Positions 61,690 to 64,000 of a DNA stretch of 64,000 nucleotides are shown here, piece after piece. How positions within the stretch are numbered: position 1 is the stretch's first letter; the number at the start of each line of letters is the position of its first letter. Source of the DNA: the human T2T-CHM13v2.0 reference genome, Homo sapiens; NCBI RefSeq assembly GCF_009914755.1, contig NC_060930.1. The stretch is one strand, 5' to 3'. A program made the position numbers and the translations under genes. A model generated the notes under the pieces. The model had not been told where the DNA came from and ran no database searches. It saw only the letters and a list, made by a program, of their open reading frames with translations.

Positions 61690-62300
61690 GTGGATTTTTT
61701 TTTTTTTTTTTTTTTACTCCAGGGTCGGGAGGAAGAGGCTGGTGGCGTCCCTTCCTCTAGGGTGGGAGGTAATGAGCGGTAGATACCCACGCACTGACAC
61801 GATCATCAGCGTGGATGCTGCAGTCTGCAGTTTTATGTGAAGTTCGCCTTCCCCACATTTGTACCTCCAACAAATTGATTTGGTACCCAGTTTGAGCCAT
61901 CATCTTATTTCAAGTTTGGTTACCTAGGAAACCGAGGGCACACTGCTGGGACAGTCTGCCTGTGTTCTGTGCCGACCGAAGCTATTAAAGCCCATCAACT
62001 TGGCCTCCGAGAAGCACTGAACACAGACAGTTTCAACTTCCAGCCAGGTTCTTATTTATTTATTTTACTGCCTCAGCAGCAAAATGAGTTATTGAACCAT
62101 TCAGCCTATTGATTGGGGCAGCTTTTCCCCTGCATTTCTCGGACACCTGAAGCCCCTCTGGAACTGGTGGCAGCCCAGAGGTCTTTTGTTAATGGTGAGT
62201 TCTCACCAGGGAAGCCAGGCAGCATCAATCCTCCAGCCAGCAGGGCCTGGGGCCTGGGCTGTGGTCAGGCACAGCACCCCACAATGGTGGTTCTTGCAAA
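61690..62300. promoter_or_regulatory. Candidate promoter/enhancer with RFX X-box
   Basis: Non-repeat segment with local CpGs; GTTACCTAGGAAAC (61919-61932) fits the RFX X-box; acceptor-like T-tract...CCAG| at 61722; donor ATG|GTGAGT at 62195. Confidence 0.5.
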
Positions 62301-62348
62301 GTCTTTGAATTTGTGAAGAAAATGATACTCGGGCCCTCTTGCAGGGAA

Positions 62349-62355
62349 ACACACA

Positions 62356-62432
<77 letters not shown>
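62349..62432. repeat. Compound (CA)n(GA)n microsatellite
   Basis: About 30 CA units followed by about 12 GA units. Confidence 0.97.
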
Positions 62433-62699
62433 CTTTGGATGCAATATAGTCGGGGAGCCGGACTCCCAGGCTAAAAACATTTGATCGAAGTTTATTCTGT
62501 TTGGAACTAGTTTCTTAGTTTTGAAAAAAAAGTAAATAAACCTCATATGTGCCCAGGATTTGACAATCTACAGTCCTAGGAACTTCCTGACCCAAAGGAA
62601 AATTACATTTCACTTCTGCTTCCTGAGAGACCTCACAGCCCCCTTGGACATTTCAGGCCTTCTCTAAGAATGGTGAACTCGACAGAGACCATACCATAA

Positions 62700-62890
62700 T
62701 GTCTTCAGCCTGTTGGATATTGCACAGTCTGTGAACTAAGAATGGTTTTTAGATTTTTAAGTATAAAAAAGATGATTAGCCTTTTGGGGGAGGAGGGCGG
62801 TTGCTTGAGGAGTTGAAGATGTTGCTTCTTGGCTTGAAAAGCCTAAAATATTTGTTGTCTGGCCCTGTACAGAAGTTTGCCAGCCCCTAG
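62700..62890. mobile_element. MER58B-like DNA transposon fragment
   Basis: 'gaactaagaatggtttttagattttt...aaagcctaaaatattt...ctggccctgtacagaagtttgccagcccct'. Confidence 0.65.
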
Positions 62891-64000
62891 GTACTTCTGT
62901 GCTGGCAGAGGGGCAGTATGTTCAGAGGCTTCCAGTTGGCTTTTTCCACTATGGTAGCTCTTACCCCACAGAGCAAGGACACAGTGTGTGGGTCCTGGGC
63001 ACCTGTCAAGTCTGTCTATCCCAAGTATATGTTCAAAGACCAGGGAAATGACTGCCAGGAGGGGTCTATGGGCCCAGTGGATCCACTATGAGCAGGACCT
63101 GGGCCAAGACTCCATTTATTACATGGTCCCCATATGTTCTGAATCTAGGGTAGAGGGCAGCATTGCTTTGTGTCTCTATGATGTCAGCTTAGACTCTGTG
63201 TCCAGCAGTTTTCAAAATGTTTGGGTACTTGCCTTTCCTCAGTGTACAGTTATCCAAGTAAATGTCCCTTTGAGGAAGACTGGATGAATCATTACCATGT
63301 TTACTTGCCATGGTGTTGCAGGCACTGCCCTCCCTCCTCCTGCCCTCCCTCCCTTCCTTCTGGGAACCCAGACTCTCCTTCAGTCAGTGGGTTCTGGATC
63401 CAAAATGTGGATCAGAAAGGATGGTTTCGGGGGCACAGCTCTTGGCCTCCAGTCCACCCACCTTGATTTCTTTGACTGCACAGATGCAATGCTATCCTTA
63501 CTGGCTGCCCATTTATTTTGCCCCGCAGGGCACTGTGTTTTATAAATTCTTTCCCTCACTCCCTGTGGGTCAGGCCCCAGCTTCTTGCCACTCGCTGTGA
63601 TGATTGTCTCCCACAGATGGGGTCACGCTGTGAAGTGTCCTTGGGTGCTTCAAGGTCCCTCTACCTGTCAGTGGTAGGTAGTGCGTCCCTCTACCCTTCA
63701 TTGAGCCCAGCTCTGGGGCAGCGTCTCCTGCAGAGCCACCACCGGCCTCCTGAGTGAAGCTGGTGCCCTCTCCCCAGCACGTCCCTTAGCGCTTGGTGAA
63801 CACTGTGTCCCCTGGTCTTTTCCATGGAATGCATCCCACTGCTGGGTTTCCCAGCCTCATGGAGCAATACACTTGAGCATGCACATGCCTCTGAGCCTTT
63901 CTTCCCTTCCTCCACCTTCTGCTGCTGAAATTCTGGCATATCCGCCTCACCCAGTGCAGCTGTCACTATCCCACGTTATTTGGGGCCATCCTCATAGTAT

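Overview
Human genomic DNA: an AluYb8 carries the diagnostic 7-bp duplication (human-specific subfamily), alongside an SVA and an L1PA2-type LINE-1. The window is repeat-dense intergenic or intronic sequence. I find no supportable host protein-coding exon, RNA gene or CRISPR array, and I cannot name the locus. Nearly all supplied ORFs are repeat translations or chance ORFs. Main elements: a full-length SVA (-, ~274-1685, 14-bp TSD); a degenerate 9-10-bp minisatellite (~4.0-4.4 kb); a CpG-island-like promoter candidate (~16.1-16.7 kb); several old L1, L2, CR1, MIR, MaLR and ERVL relics; a decayed ERV-L/HERV16-type provirus (-, ~40.85-46.6 kb) with recognisable RT, integrase and dUTPase remnants; a full-length but inactivated L1PA2-like element (-, 51146-57395, 16-bp TSD); and a candidate regulatory element with an RFX X-box and splice signals (~61.7-62.2 kb). 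The most unusual feature is a 5'-truncated AluYb8 inserted inside the antisense ORF0 of the L1 5'UTR, giving an open 97-codon ORF0-Alu chimera downstream of the L1 antisense promoter region. I see no evidence for a wholly new multi-gene system. Boundaries and subfamilies of old repeats are by-eye estimates, not RepeatMasker output.
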